Shown: one piece after another, positions 31,842 to 41,169 of the stretch
Position numbering within the stretch: position 1 is the first letter of the stretch
How the letters are laid out: every line of letters begins with the position of its first letter
Source of the DNA: an uncultured Candidatus Rokubacteria bacterium
GTDB lineage: Bacteria > Methylomirabilota > Methylomirabilia > Rokubacteriales > DASRDR01
Direction of reading: 5' to 3'
DNA: 64,000 nucleotides
NCBI GenBank assembly: GCA_963826115.1
Contig: CAWGVS010000005.1
Location: forward strand, 160,001 to 224,000
Program-made: the position numbers and the translations under genes
Notes under the pieces: generated by a model
The model's database searches: none
Seen by the model: only the letters and a program-made list of their open reading frames with translations
Told to the model about the DNA's origin: nothing

Positions 31842-32867
31842 CTAGTTGTAGAGGAGGTCCTTCAGCCTCGCCACCAGAGCGGGGTCCAGCGTGAAGAGCT
31901 CGGCGACCATCTTCTCGAGCTCCTCGCCGGTCACGGGATCCAGGGTCAGCTTGGCCTTCTCCGCCTCCGCCAGGAACCCCGGGTCCTTCAGGGTGTCTCG
32001 GAACGCGCGACGCAACGTCTCGACGCGGTCCTTCGGGGTGCCCGGCGGCACGACGAACGGACGCGCAAACGCGCCGGTGTTCTGGAGACCGACCTGGATC
32101 AGCCGGCGCCCCTCGTCGGACTTGGCGAGGTTGATTGCGAGCGGCACGTTCGGGAGGTCCGCGAAGGGCTTGCCCGTCGCCTGCACGACGGGCACCACGT
32201 CGCCCGCCTCGAGCGCGGCGCGCCAGGTCGACCGCATGGACTCCCACGACCAGCAGGCCCCCGCGAGCTCGCCGCCGTCGACGGCCAGGCGGATCTCCGC
32301 GGTCCCCCGGTAGCCGGACACGACCTGGATCGGAAGCCCCAGCACGGCCCGGAGCACCCGCGCGGAGTTGTCCGGGGAGGCACCGGGCGCGACGCCGCCC
32401 AGCTTGACGGGCGTCTTCGAGGCGGCCCACTTCTCGACGCTCGTGACGCCGCCGGCCTTGGTGAGGGAGCACACCACGTCTTCTTTCACCGCCGCCCCGA
32501 TGAACTCGAACTTCCGCGCGTCGAACTCGACCCCGGGCTGCCCCAGCACCTGGCCGAGCATGAGCGACCCGTTGAACTTGCCGATCGTGAGCCCGTCCGG
32601 CTTCGCCACCTTGTACACGTGGTTGGCCGAGATCAGGCTGCCCGCCCCCGTCATGTTCTCCACGACGAAGGTCGGGTTGCCGGGGACGTGCTTCCCCATG
32701 TGGCGCGCGATGACGCGCGCGTACGTGTCGAACCCGCCGCCGGGGGCCAGGCCGACGATGACGCGCACCGTCTTGCCCTCGTAGAAGGATTGGGACTCCG
32801 CGAGGCGGTGCCCGCCGACCGCGACGAGCGCGAGAAGGACCGTCAGGGCGAGTCGCCAGCTACGCAT
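31842..32867 (-). CDS. tctC: TctC/Bug-family solute-binding protein
   Basis: AGGAGG RBS; signal peptide; VGLAPGGGFDTYAR, VENMTGAG, KPDGLTI, PPGTP. Confidence 0.88.
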   Translation of the reverse strand: MRSWRLALTVLLALVAVGGHRLAESQSFYEGKTVRVIVGLAPGGGFDTYARVIARHMGKHVPGNPTFVVENMTGAGSLISANHVYKVAKPDGLTIGKFNGSLMLGQVLGQPGVEFDARKFEFIGAAVKEDVVCSLTKAGGVTSVEKWAASKTPVKLGGVAPGASPDNSARVLRAVLGLPIQVVSGYRGTAEIRLAVDGGELAGACWSWESMRSTWRAALEAGDVVPVVQATGKPFADLPNVPLAINLAKSDEGRRLIQVGLQNTGAFARPFVVPPGTPKDRVETLRRAFRDTLKDPGFLAEAEKAKLTLDPVTGEELEKMVAELFTLDPALVARLKDLLYN

Positions 32868-32948
32868 GTGACCTCCTGGTGATCGGAGTGACCCCAACAT
32901 GGCCGGATCGCGGCCGAGCACGTCGGCCCGCCGCGGCGCGACGACGTC

Positions 32949-34085
32949 TCAGGCGGCCGCACTGTCCATCTTCGGCGGTACCCACCGGCCGGCGCGGACA
33001 GCTCCCGAGGGCACGAGTCGCGTCGTGCCCGCGACGCGCTCGCCCATCGCATCCTCGAAGGTCACCGGCCCCTCGCGGATCGCGAGGAGCGTCACGTCGG
33101 CCGCCGCCCCGGGACGGAGCGAGCCGAGGACGCCGTCGTGGCCGATCACCCGGGCAGGGGCGCCGGTCGTCATGGCAACCACCTCGTCGAGCGGGAGCCC
33201 GAGGTGGAGGAACTTCGACATGGTGGTCGCAAGGTCGAAGACGGGCCCCTCGAGGTTGTAGACGTGAAGATCGCTCGAGATCGTCCCGGGCCGGAACCCC
33301 TGGGCGAGGCCGCGGCGCGCGACCGCGAAGCTGAACGAACCCTTCCCGTGACCCACGTCGAAGAGCACGCCGCGGGCGGCGGCCTGGCGGGCGGCCTGGG
33401 TCACCGTGCCGCGGGCGTCCAGGATGCCCTCATCGCGCCCGTGGTAGCAGTGGGTCACGACGTCGCCGGGCCGGAGCGTCTCCAGGATCTCGGCGAGGGT
33501 GATTGGCGTGTCCCCGACGTGGACCATGATCGGCAGCCGCGCAGCCTCGCCCGCTTCCACTGCCGTGCGCAGGGCGACCCGGGCGTTCGCGCCGACGAGG
33601 TCACGCGAGAGCCGGACCTTGATGCCGCGGATCAGGTCGCGGTGGGCCTCGATCGTGCGGAGTGCGGCCGCGCGGTCGATGTGGCGGACCTCCTCGAGCT
33701 CCCCGACGGTCGGGGACACCATCCCGGTCGCCGAGATGTTCAGGAAGGGCACGATGCGTGTCGCCGACACGTCGATCACGTACCGACGGAAGGCGCCGAA
33801 CGTGTGCGCGCCCGCCGAGCCCGCGTCGACCACGGTGGTCGTGCCGGTGCCGAGGCAGTGGGGATCCGGCTCGATGCCGTAGTGGGACGCGCCCCAGAAC
33901 ACGTGGACGTGGAGGTCGACCAGCCCGGGAAGCACCAGCCGGTCCCGGGCGTCGATGACATCCTCGCCCGGCCTCGGCGCCAGGCCGTCGGCGACCTCGA
34001 GGATCCGATCGGCGTCCAGACGGACGTCCCGGCTCGCGTTGAGCCCCTGACCGGGATCGACGACCGTGCCGCCGCGGATCAGCAT
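32949..34085 (-). CDS. Amidohydrolase/deacetylase family metallohydrolase (dihydroorotase-like)
   Basis: PGLVDLHVH, TTVVDAGSAG, GIKVR, MVH, THCY, DVGHG, ISSDLH. Confidence 0.9.
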   Translation of the reverse strand: MLIRGGTVVDPGQGLNASRDVRLDADRILEVADGLAPRPGEDVIDARDRLVLPGLVDLHVHVFWGASHYGIEPDPHCLGTGTTTVVDAGSAGAHTFGAFRRYVIDVSATRIVPFLNISATGMVSPTVGELEEVRHIDRAAALRTIEAHRDLIRGIKVRLSRDLVGANARVALRTAVEAGEAARLPIMVHVGDTPITLAEILETLRPGDVVTHCYHGRDEGILDARGTVTQAARQAAARGVLFDVGHGKGSFSFAVARRGLAQGFRPGTISSDLHVYNLEGPVFDLATTMSKFLHLGLPLDEVVAMTTGAPARVIGHDGVLGSLRPGAAADVTLLAIREGPVTFEDAMGERVAGTTRLVPSGAVRAGRWVPPKMDSAAA

Positions 34086-34194
34086 CGCCAGATCCCCGGC
34101 CGGCGGTCGGGTGGGCGCTCCGCCGGTGTCATCGCGCGCCGATGATAGACGAGGCGCCCGAGACCCCGCAACCACACCGCGAGCGCGACCCGGC

Positions 34195-34223
34195 TTGACA
34201 AGGATGCCCATCCGGGGCAGTTT
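34195..34223 (+). promoter_or_regulatory. Candidate sigma-70 promoter with palindromic operator for the ligAB-like genes
   Basis: TTGACA-N17-CAGTTT (weak -10); GGATG-CC-CATCC in the spacer. Confidence 0.4.
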
Positions 34224-34232
34224 CGCGGCGAT

Positions 34233-34490
34233 GTGAGCGTGTACCAGGTCCAGAAGCTGCTTTTCCACGTCAACCGCGACCCGCAGCTCCAGGCGCGCTT
34301 TGTGTCCGACCGCGAGTCGCTCGTGGCGAGCTACGACCTCACGGCGGACGAGCGGCGCGCGGTCGTCGCGCCGGATTTCCACGCCCTCTACCAGATGGGC
34401 GTGCACTCGCTCCTCCTCGGGCCGCTCGCCGCGACGCTCGGCGTGAGCTTCCCCGACTACCTGGCGATCCTCCGGGGGACGAAGCGGTGA
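34233..34490 (+). CDS. LigA-like small subunit of aromatic ring-opening dioxygenase
   Basis: F..D.E.....YDLT.DERRAV...D...LY.MGVH.LLL pattern; GTGA overlap with ligB-like gene. Confidence 0.8.
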   Translation: MSVYQVQKLLFHVNRDPQLQARFVSDRESLVASYDLTADERRAVVAPDFHALYQMGVHSLLLGPLAATLGVSFPDYLAILRGTKR

Positions 34491-35299
34491 GCCTGGTCGG
34501 GGCCTTCGCCGCCAGCCACGCGCCGGGCATCACCGGGCGGCCCACGCTCCCGCCGGCCGCCGAGTCCGAGGCGGTGTACGGCGCCTACCGGGCGCTGCGC
34601 GCCCGGCTCGAGGCCGCGCGCCCCGATGCCCTGGTGGTCGTCGCCCCGGAGCACTGGGCCAACTTCTTCCTGGACCACATGCCGTCCTTCTGCGTCGGCA
34701 TCGCCGACGAGTTCTCGGGCCCGACCGACGAGGACTTCGTGAAGATCCCGCGGCGCCGGGTTCGGGGTGACGCGCGACTCGGACGCGCGCTGGCTGAGGG
34801 GATCGCCGAGGACGTCGATCTCTCCTCGTCCCAGGAGCTCCAGTTCGACCATGGGGTGATGGTGCCGCTCCACCTCCTCGGCACGGAGCTTCCGGTGATC
34901 CCGATCATCGTGAACTGTCTCGCGGGGTTGCCGGCGCCGCTCCACCGCTGCCATGCGCTCGGGGTGGCCATCCGGCGCACGGTGGACCGGTGGCCGGAGC
35001 GCGTGGCGGTTCTGGGGACCGGGGGACTCTCCCACTGGCCCGCGATGCCCGAGTCGGGGCGGGTCGCCGTCGACTTCGACCGGCGCTTCCTCGACGCGTT
35101 CGTCAGCGGCCGCGTCGGCACCTTCCTCGGCTATCGGCGCGAGGCGCTCGAGGCGGAGGCGGGGCCGGGCGGCCACGAGATCCGCACGTGGATCGCGGTC
35201 GCCGCCGCGGCGGGCGACGCGCGAGGGACGGTGCTCGCGTATCAGCCGGTGCCCGCCTGGTCCACCGGCTGCGCCGTCGCGTCGCTGGATCCGCGCTAG
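34487..35299 (+). CDS. LigB-like class III extradiol dioxygenase catalytic subunit
   Basis: ASHAPG, EH..NFF, FDHGVMVPL, GTGGLSHW, HEIRTW. Confidence 0.9.
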   Translation: MSLVGAFAASHAPGITGRPTLPPAAESEAVYGAYRALRARLEAARPDALVVVAPEHWANFFLDHMPSFCVGIADEFSGPTDEDFVKIPRRRVRGDARLGRALAEGIAEDVDLSSSQELQFDHGVMVPLHLLGTELPVIPIIVNCLAGLPAPLHRCHALGVAIRRTVDRWPERVAVLGTGGLSHWPAMPESGRVAVDFDRRFLDAFVSGRVGTFLGYRREALEAEAGPGGHEIRTWIAVAAAAGDARGTVLAYQPVPAWSTGCAVASLDPR

Positions 35300-35322
35300 C
35301 GCCGGCTCGCGACGAGCTCGTG

Positions 35323-37656
35323 ATGGGCCCGTTCGGCGTCGGGCAGCCCGTCAGGCGGTTCGAGGACGCCCGGCTGCTGCGCGGGGGCGGGCGCTACCAC
35401 CACGACGTCAACCTGCCGGGTCAGGCCCACGCCGTCGTCGTGCGATCGATCCACGCCCACGCCCGCATCCTCGGCGTGGACGCGTCCGCCGCTCGCGCGG
35501 CGCCCGGCGTGGTCGCGGTCTTCACGGGGGAGGACCTCGCGCTCGCCGGGCTCGGCAGCACGCGGACGACGCTCGCGCGCACGCGGCCCGACGGCTCGCC
35601 CATGTTCGCGCCGGCCCACCCCGTGCTGGTCCGCGACCGAGTGCGATGCGTGGGGGACCCGGTCGTCCTCGTCGTGGCCGAGTCGGTCGCCCAGGCGGAG
35701 GACGCGGCCGATCTGGTCCGGATCGACTACGAGCCGCTCCCCTCGGTGACGGCGACGGCCGAGGCGGCCCGGCCCGGCAGCCCGGCGGTGTGGGACGAAT
35801 GCCCCGACAACATCTCGAACGTCTTCGAGGCGGGTGACCGGGCAGCCGTCGACGCGGCGTTCGCCGTCGCCGACCGCGTCGTGCGCGGCCGATACGTCGT
35901 CACGCGCGTCCACGCCCAGTACATGGAGCCCCGCGGCGCGCTGGGCGTCTACGACGTGGGCGAGGACCGCTACACGCTCCATGCCGACGTGCAGTACCCG
36001 CACCGCGTCCGCAATGTGCTCGCGAGCAGCATCTTCCGGGTGCCGGAGCACCGGATCCGCGTCGTCGCGGAAGACATCGGGGGCGCCTTCGGGACGAAGG
36101 GCTGGCAGTACCCCGAGCACCGGCTGGTCCTGTGGGCCGCCCGGAGGCTCGCGCGCCCGGTGAAGTGGGCCTGCGAGCGTCGCGAGGCGATCCTGGCCGA
36201 CGAGCACGCGCGGGACACGGTGAGCGAGGCCGAGCTGGCCCTCGACGCGGCCGGGCGGTTCCTGGCGCTCCGCGTCCGCACCGTGGCGAACGTGGGCGCC
36301 TACGTGTCGTCGGACCGGAATCTCCTGGCGACCTTCATGAACGTCTCCACGCTGGTCGGCGTCTACACGATCCCGGCGGCCCACGTCCACGTCACCTGCG
36401 TCCTGGCGAACGTGAACCCGACCGCGCCGTATCGGGGTGCCGGCCGGCCGGAGTCCACGTACGTGATCGAGCGGCTGATCGACGACGCGGCGCGCGAGCT
36501 TGGCCGGGACCGGGTGGAGCTGCGTCGGATCAATCTCATCCCTGCCTCGGCCATGCCGTACCGCACGGCGTTCCGGGTGGTCTACGACGGCGGCCAGTTC
36601 GAGCAGGGGATGGACAAGGCGCTCGCGCTCGCCGACGTCGAGGGTTTCGCCCTGCGGCGCGAGGCGTCGCGGCGCCGGGGTCGGCTTCGCGGTCTGTCCG
36701 TGATCAACGCCATCGAGCGGGCGGCGTCTCCCCAGCCCGAGTTCGCGGAGATCCGCTTCGACCCGAGCGGGGGCGCCACCCTCCTCATGGGGACGAAGAA
36801 CCAGGGGCAGGGCCACGAGACCATGTTCAAGCAGGTGCTCCACGAACGGCTGGGTCTCGCCCCGGAAGCGGTGCGCTACGTCGACGGGGACACGGACCGC
36901 GTCGTCTTCGGGACGGGGACCTTCGGGTCACGGTCCGCGGCGATCGGCGGCTCGGCCCTGTGGGCCGCTGCCGACAAGGTGATCGCCAAGGGGAAGCGGA
37001 TCGCCGCCCACCTTCTCGAGGCGGCCGAGGCAGACCTCCAGTTCGCGCAGGGACGTTTCCGGGTGACGGGGACGGACCGGGCCGTCACGCTCACCGAGGT
37101 CGCGCGCGCCGCCTTTCAGCCGGCCCGGCTCCCGCCGGGACTCGAGCCGGGTCTCTACGAGACGGGGACGTTCGTGCCGGCGCAGGACACCTGGCCGAAC
37201 GGCTGCCACGTGTGCGAGGTCGAAGTCGATCCCGACACCGGGGCCGTCCAGGTCGTCGCCTACGTCGTCGTCGACGACGTCGGGACGGTCGTCAACCCGC
37301 TCACCCTCGAGGGCCAGATCCAGGGCGGGGTCGCGCAGGGCGCGGGGCAGGCCCTCATGGAGGAAGTGGTCTACGACCGGGAATCCGGCCAGCTCCTGAC
37401 CGCGTCCTTCATGGAGTACGCGATGCCGCGCGCGGACACGCTCCCCGACCTCGTCATCGGCAGCAACCCCGTGCCGACCGCGCTGAACCCGCTGGGGGCG
37501 AAGGGGGCGGGGGAGGCCGGCACCGTGGGCGCCCTGCCGGCCGTCATGAACGCGGTGATCGACGCGCTCGCGCCCCTCGGGGTCCGGCACCTCGACATGC
37601 CGGCGACTCCGGAGCGCGTGTGGCGCGCCATCGAGGAGGCCAGGCGAGCGACATGA
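35323..37656 (+). CDS. Xanthine dehydrogenase-family molybdopterin-binding large subunit (CoxL form II-like)
   Basis: RRFEDARLLRG, MEPRG, DIGGAFG.KG, PYRGAGRPE, QGQGHET, GAKGAGEAG. Confidence 0.92.
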   Translation: MGPFGVGQPVRRFEDARLLRGGGRYHHDVNLPGQAHAVVVRSIHAHARILGVDASAARAAPGVVAVFTGEDLALAGLGSTRTTLARTRPDGSPMFAPAHPVLVRDRVRCVGDPVVLVVAESVAQAEDAADLVRIDYEPLPSVTATAEAARPGSPAVWDECPDNISNVFEAGDRAAVDAAFAVADRVVRGRYVVTRVHAQYMEPRGALGVYDVGEDRYTLHADVQYPHRVRNVLASSIFRVPEHRIRVVAEDIGGAFGTKGWQYPEHRLVLWAARRLARPVKWACERREAILADEHARDTVSEAELALDAAGRFLALRVRTVANVGAYVSSDRNLLATFMNVSTLVGVYTIPAAHVHVTCVLANVNPTAPYRGAGRPESTYVIERLIDDAARELGRDRVELRRINLIPASAMPYRTAFRVVYDGGQFEQGMDKALALADVEGFALRREASRRRGRLRGLSVINAIERAASPQPEFAEIRFDPSGGATLLMGTKNQGQGHETMFKQVLHERLGLAPEAVRYVDGDTDRVVFGTGTFGSRSAAIGGSALWAAADKVIAKGKRIAAHLLEAAEADLQFAQGRFRVTGTDRAVTLTEVARAAFQPARLPPGLEPGLYETGTFVPAQDTWPNGCHVCEVEVDPDTGAVQVVAYVVVDDVGTVVNPLTLEGQIQGGVAQGAGQALMEEVVYDRESGQLLTASFMEYAMPRADTLPDLVIGSNPVPTALNPLGAKGAGEAGTVGALPAVMNAVIDALAPLGVRHLDMPATPERVWRAIEEARRAT

Positions 37657-37747
37657 CGGCGGGCCCTCCCGGCACATGTTCTGCACTGACTGTTCCCTGA
37701 TGGGCGCTCGGCTCGACGTCGCGTCAGGATTCGGACGGGCGCAATTC

Positions 37748-37777
37748 TTGACAACGCCGAGCGGGGCTTCGTATCGT
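37748..37777 (+). promoter_or_regulatory. Candidate sigma-70 promoter upstream of the GalT-like gene
   Basis: TTGACA-N18-TATCGT in an AT-richer patch; a weaker sigma-54-like CGGCAC-N5-CTGCA lies at 37670-37685. Confidence 0.45.
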
Positions 37778-37824
37778 TTGGCAACGATTGATGTTTTTCA
37801 ATCTGCACGAAGGTGGGGCTGCCG

Positions 37825-38832
37825 ATGCCAGGTGAACTGAGGAAGGATCCGGCGACCGGGAAGTGGGTGCTCGTCCGGCCGCGGGCGAGTAACAACGGCG
37901 GCCCCGGTCAAAGTGTCTGCCCGTTTTGTCCCGGGAACGAGCATCTGACCCCGCCGGAGATCGCCGTCTACCATCCCACGGCTGGCGGCGAGAAACGCGC
38001 GGGCTGGGAGGTCCGGGTCGTCCCCGAGCGCGACCCCTACTTCTTCATCGAGGAGGACCTGGTCCGCGAAGGCATCGGGATGTTCGACCGCATCTCGACG
38101 CGCGGCGCCAGCGAGATCGTCGTGGAGAGCCCAGACCACGACATGACGCTCCAGGCGGCCGACGAGGCTCAGCTCGAGCGGGTCCTCTGGATGTACCGGG
38201 ATCGTGTGAAGGACCTCAAGCGGGACCTGAAGATCCGGAACGTCGTCGTGACCCGCCGCTACGGGAAGCCCGGCTCCACCATCCGTCACCCGTACTCCCG
38301 GATCCTGGCGGCCCCGATCGTGTTCGACGACCTCCGGACCGAGCTGACCCAGGCACGGGAGTACTACGCCTACAAGCGGCGGTGCGTGTTCTGCGACACG
38401 ATCCGGGAGGAGGCGGCCGCAGGGGATCGCCTGCTCCAGATGACGTCCCACTTCGCCGCCTTCGTGCCGTACGCGGCCCGCGTGCCGTTCGAGCTCCGGG
38501 TGCTGCCGCGCCGACACGAGAGCGCGTTCGAGGCCATCACCCCGGACGAGGTGGCGGACCTCGCCCGCCTGCTGAAGAGCCTCAGCGGCCTCCTGGTCAA
38601 GGCGATCGGGGACCCCTCGTACCGGATGACCCTCCACACCGCCCCCAACCTGGCGGTGAAGATCGTCCAGGGGGAGTGGGACACCATCGAGCGGGATTAC
38701 CACTGGCACCTCGAGATCCTGGTCTATCCGGAGCGCGCCATGTGGGTGGCCGGGATCGCCGTGACCGACATGCTCCCCGAGGAGGCAGCCCGCATCCTCC
38801 GGGAGGCCGGGTCCCTCGACCGACCGCGGTGA
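37825..38832 (+). CDS. GalT-like (HIT-superfamily nucleotidyltransferase fold) protein with altered catalytic motif
   Basis: ELRKDP.TG.WV, CPFCPGNE, ESPDH, CVFCD, YHWHLEI; HPHxQ replaced by HPYSR. Confidence 0.88.
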   Translation: MPGELRKDPATGKWVLVRPRASNNGGPGQSVCPFCPGNEHLTPPEIAVYHPTAGGEKRAGWEVRVVPERDPYFFIEEDLVREGIGMFDRISTRGASEIVVESPDHDMTLQAADEAQLERVLWMYRDRVKDLKRDLKIRNVVVTRRYGKPGSTIRHPYSRILAAPIVFDDLRTELTQAREYYAYKRRCVFCDTIREEAAAGDRLLQMTSHFAAFVPYAARVPFELRVLPRRHESAFEAITPDEVADLARLLKSLSGLLVKAIGDPSYRMTLHTAPNLAVKIVQGEWDTIERDYHWHLEILVYPERAMWVAGIAVTDMLPEEAARILREAGSLDRPR

Positions 38833-38943
38833 CGGGCGCCGGACGGGTCCGACTGATCCGTCCGGTGGTGGACGCCCCTCGGAGATCGTCCACAGACCCC
38901 GTTCGACCCGCCTAGCCCCCTGAAATTTCAGCCGGTTCAGGCC

Positions 38944-38998
38944 TTGACAGGGCTGTAGCCGGGTGGCATCTTTAACTCCGACCAAACCGGTCGGCGAT
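38944..38998 (+). promoter_or_regulatory. isc promoter with IscR type-1-like operator
   Basis: TTGACA-N17-CATCTT followed by AACT-CCGACC-AAACC-GGTCGG-CGAT (6-5-6 inverted repeat). Confidence 0.7.
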
Positions 38999-39009
38999 CA
39001 GGAGGGTCG

Positions 39010-39456
39010 GTGCTAAGGTTCAGCAAGAAGGCTGACTACGGGCTGATGGCGGTGCACTACATCGCTTTCCATCAGCACGACGGCGTCGTGAACACCAGGC
39101 GGATCGCCGAGGACCTCGGGATCCCGTCGGAGCTCCTGGCGAAGATCCTCCAGCGCCTCGCCAAGGGCAAGCTGATCGCGAGCGTCAACGGGCCCAAGGG
39201 CGGGTACGTCCTTGCCCGGGACCCGAGCCAGATCCGGGTGAGCGAGGTGCTGCGCGCCATCGAGGGGCCCCTTGGACTGGTGAACTGCTACCGGACGATG
39301 CAGTGCCCCCAGCTCGAGCGGTGCAACATCCGGCGTCCCGTGCTGGCGATCCAGAACGGCATCGAGCGATTCCTGGAGACCATGACCCTGGAGACGATGA
39401 ATACCTTGAACGAGCCGGCGCCCGTCGCTTCGAGGCTCGTCGCAACGCGGCACTGA
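39010..39456 (+). CDS. iscR: Rrf2-family Fe-S regulator (IscR-like)
   Basis: KKADYG, G.KGGY.LAR, IEGP, C-x5-C-x5-C; first gene of the isc operon. Confidence 0.88.
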   Translation: MLRFSKKADYGLMAVHYIAFHQHDGVVNTRRIAEDLGIPSELLAKILQRLAKGKLIASVNGPKGGYVLARDPSQIRVSEVLRAIEGPLGLVNCYRTMQCPQLERCNIRRPVLAIQNGIERFLETMTLETMNTLNEPAPVASRLVATRH

Positions 39457-39467
39457 GGAGACGGCGC

Positions 39468-40697
39468 ATGGCGGTGAAGTTCCCGATCTTCATGGACAGC
39501 AACTCGACGACGCCCGTCGACCCGCGGGTGCTCGAGGCGATGATCCCGTATTTCACCGAGAAGTTCGGGCACCCCGGGAGCCGCAACCACTCCTTCGGCT
39601 GGGAGGCGGAAGGTGGCATGGAGCGGGCTCGCGAGCAGCTGGCCAAGCTGATCGGCGCGCGCGATCCCAAGGAGCTCGTCTGGACCTCGGGCGGCACCGA
39701 GGCCGACAACCTGGCGATCAAGGGCGTCGTGGAGATGTACCGGGAGAAGGGCGACCACATCGTCACCGCGGTGACCGAGCAGCGCGCGGTCCTGGACCCT
39801 TGCCGGCGGCTCGAGAAGCAGGGTTCGGCCCGGGTGACCTACCTGCCGGTCGACGCGATGGGCGTGGTCGACCCTGACGCCGTCCGCCAGGCGATCACCG
39901 ACAAGACGATCCTCGTCTCCATCATGCTCGCCAACAACGAGATCGGAACGATCCAGGCGGTCCAGGAGATCAGCAAGGTCGCGAAGGAGCGGGGGGTCCT
40001 CTTTCACACCGACGCGACCGAGGCCGTCGGCAAGATCCCGATCGACGTCGAGAAGATGGGGATCGACCTCATGTCCTGCACGGCCCACAAGATCTACGGG
40101 CCCAAGGGCATCGGGGCGCTCTACGTGCGGCGTCGCAACCCGCGGGTCCGCCTCGCGCCCATGATCGACGGCGGTGGCCACGAGCGGGGCGCCCGCTCCG
40201 GCACGGTGCCGGTCGCGCTGGCAGTGGGCTTTGGCCGGGCGGCGGAGATCTGCCGCGAGGTCATGCCCCAGGAAGCGGCGCGGCTCTCCCAGCTGCGGGA
40301 CCGGCTGCAGGACCGGATCCTTTCCTCGGTGGACGAGTCGTACCTGAACGGTCATCCGGAGCGCCGGCTGCCGCACACGTTGAACATCTCGTTCGCCTAC
40401 GTCGAGGGCGAGTCGATCCTGATGGGGCTGAACAAGGAAGTCGCGCTGTCCTCCGGGTCGGCCTGTACCTCGTCGACCCTCGAGCCGTCGTACGTGATCC
40501 AGGCGCTCGGCGTGGGCGCCGACCTGGCCCACTCCTCGATCCGGTACGGGCTGCACCGGTTCACGACCGAGGAGGAAGTGGACGTCGTCGGCGATCGGAC
40601 GATCGAGGTGGTGCGGAAGCTTCGCGAGATGTCCCCGCTCTACGAGCTGGCGAAGGAAGGCGTGGACCTCAAGTCCATCCAGTGGAAGGCTGAGTAA
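39468..40697 (+). CDS. iscS: IscS-type cysteine desulfurase (non-canonical PLP-contact residues)
   Basis: TTPVDPRV, AHKIYGPKG (PLP Lys), SSGSACTS (catalytic Cys), LREMSPLYE C-terminus. Confidence 0.93.
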   Translation: MAVKFPIFMDSNSTTPVDPRVLEAMIPYFTEKFGHPGSRNHSFGWEAEGGMERAREQLAKLIGARDPKELVWTSGGTEADNLAIKGVVEMYREKGDHIVTAVTEQRAVLDPCRRLEKQGSARVTYLPVDAMGVVDPDAVRQAITDKTILVSIMLANNEIGTIQAVQEISKVAKERGVLFHTDATEAVGKIPIDVEKMGIDLMSCTAHKIYGPKGIGALYVRRRNPRVRLAPMIDGGGHERGARSGTVPVALAVGFGRAAEICREVMPQEAARLSQLRDRLQDRILSSVDESYLNGHPERRLPHTLNISFAYVEGESILMGLNKEVALSSGSACTSSTLEPSYVIQALGVGADLAHSSIRYGLHRFTTEEEVDVVGDRTIEVVRKLREMSPLYELAKEGVDLKSIQWKAE

Positions 40698-40712
40698 AGG
40701 AGAACGCCGCCC

Positions 40713-41129
40713 ATGGCTTACAGCGACAAGGTGATCGACCACTACAGCAACCCCCGGAACGTCGGGTCCTTCGGGAAGGACACCCCGGGCCTGGGGACCG
40801 GGCTCGTCGGCGCTCCCGAGTGCGGCGACGTGATGAAGCTGCAGATCAAGGTCAACTTGGACACCGGTGTCATCGAGGACGCCAAGTTCAAGACCTTCGG
40901 CTGCGGCTCCGCCATCGCCAGCTCGAGCCTGGCCACCGAATGGCTCAAGGGCAAGAGCGTTGACGATGCCCTGAAGATCAAGAACACGGACATCGTGAAC
41001 GAGCTGAAGCTGCCGCCGGTCAAGATCCACTGCTCGGTCCTGGCCGAGGACGCGATCAAGGCGGCGATCCGAGATTTCCAGGAGAAGTGGGCCGAGCGGC
41101 AGGCGGTCGCGGGCAAGGTCCAGGAGTAG
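40713..41129 (+). CDS. iscU: Fe-S scaffold IscU
   Basis: GAPECGD, FGCGSAIAS, LPPVKIHC. Confidence 0.97.
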   Translation: MAYSDKVIDHYSNPRNVGSFGKDTPGLGTGLVGAPECGDVMKLQIKVNLDTGVIEDAKFKTFGCGSAIASSSLATEWLKGKSVDDALKIKNTDIVNELKLPPVKIHCSVLAEDAIKAAIRDFQEKWAERQAVAGKVQE

Positions 41130-41169
41130 CGGGCGGCCGAGGGAGCGGTAGAGGGGAGGACGGGCGACC

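Noticed and set aside
36415-36455. Aerobic CO dehydrogenase form I
   Set aside because: The loop is PYRGAGR, not AYxCSFR; no coxMS or accessory genes
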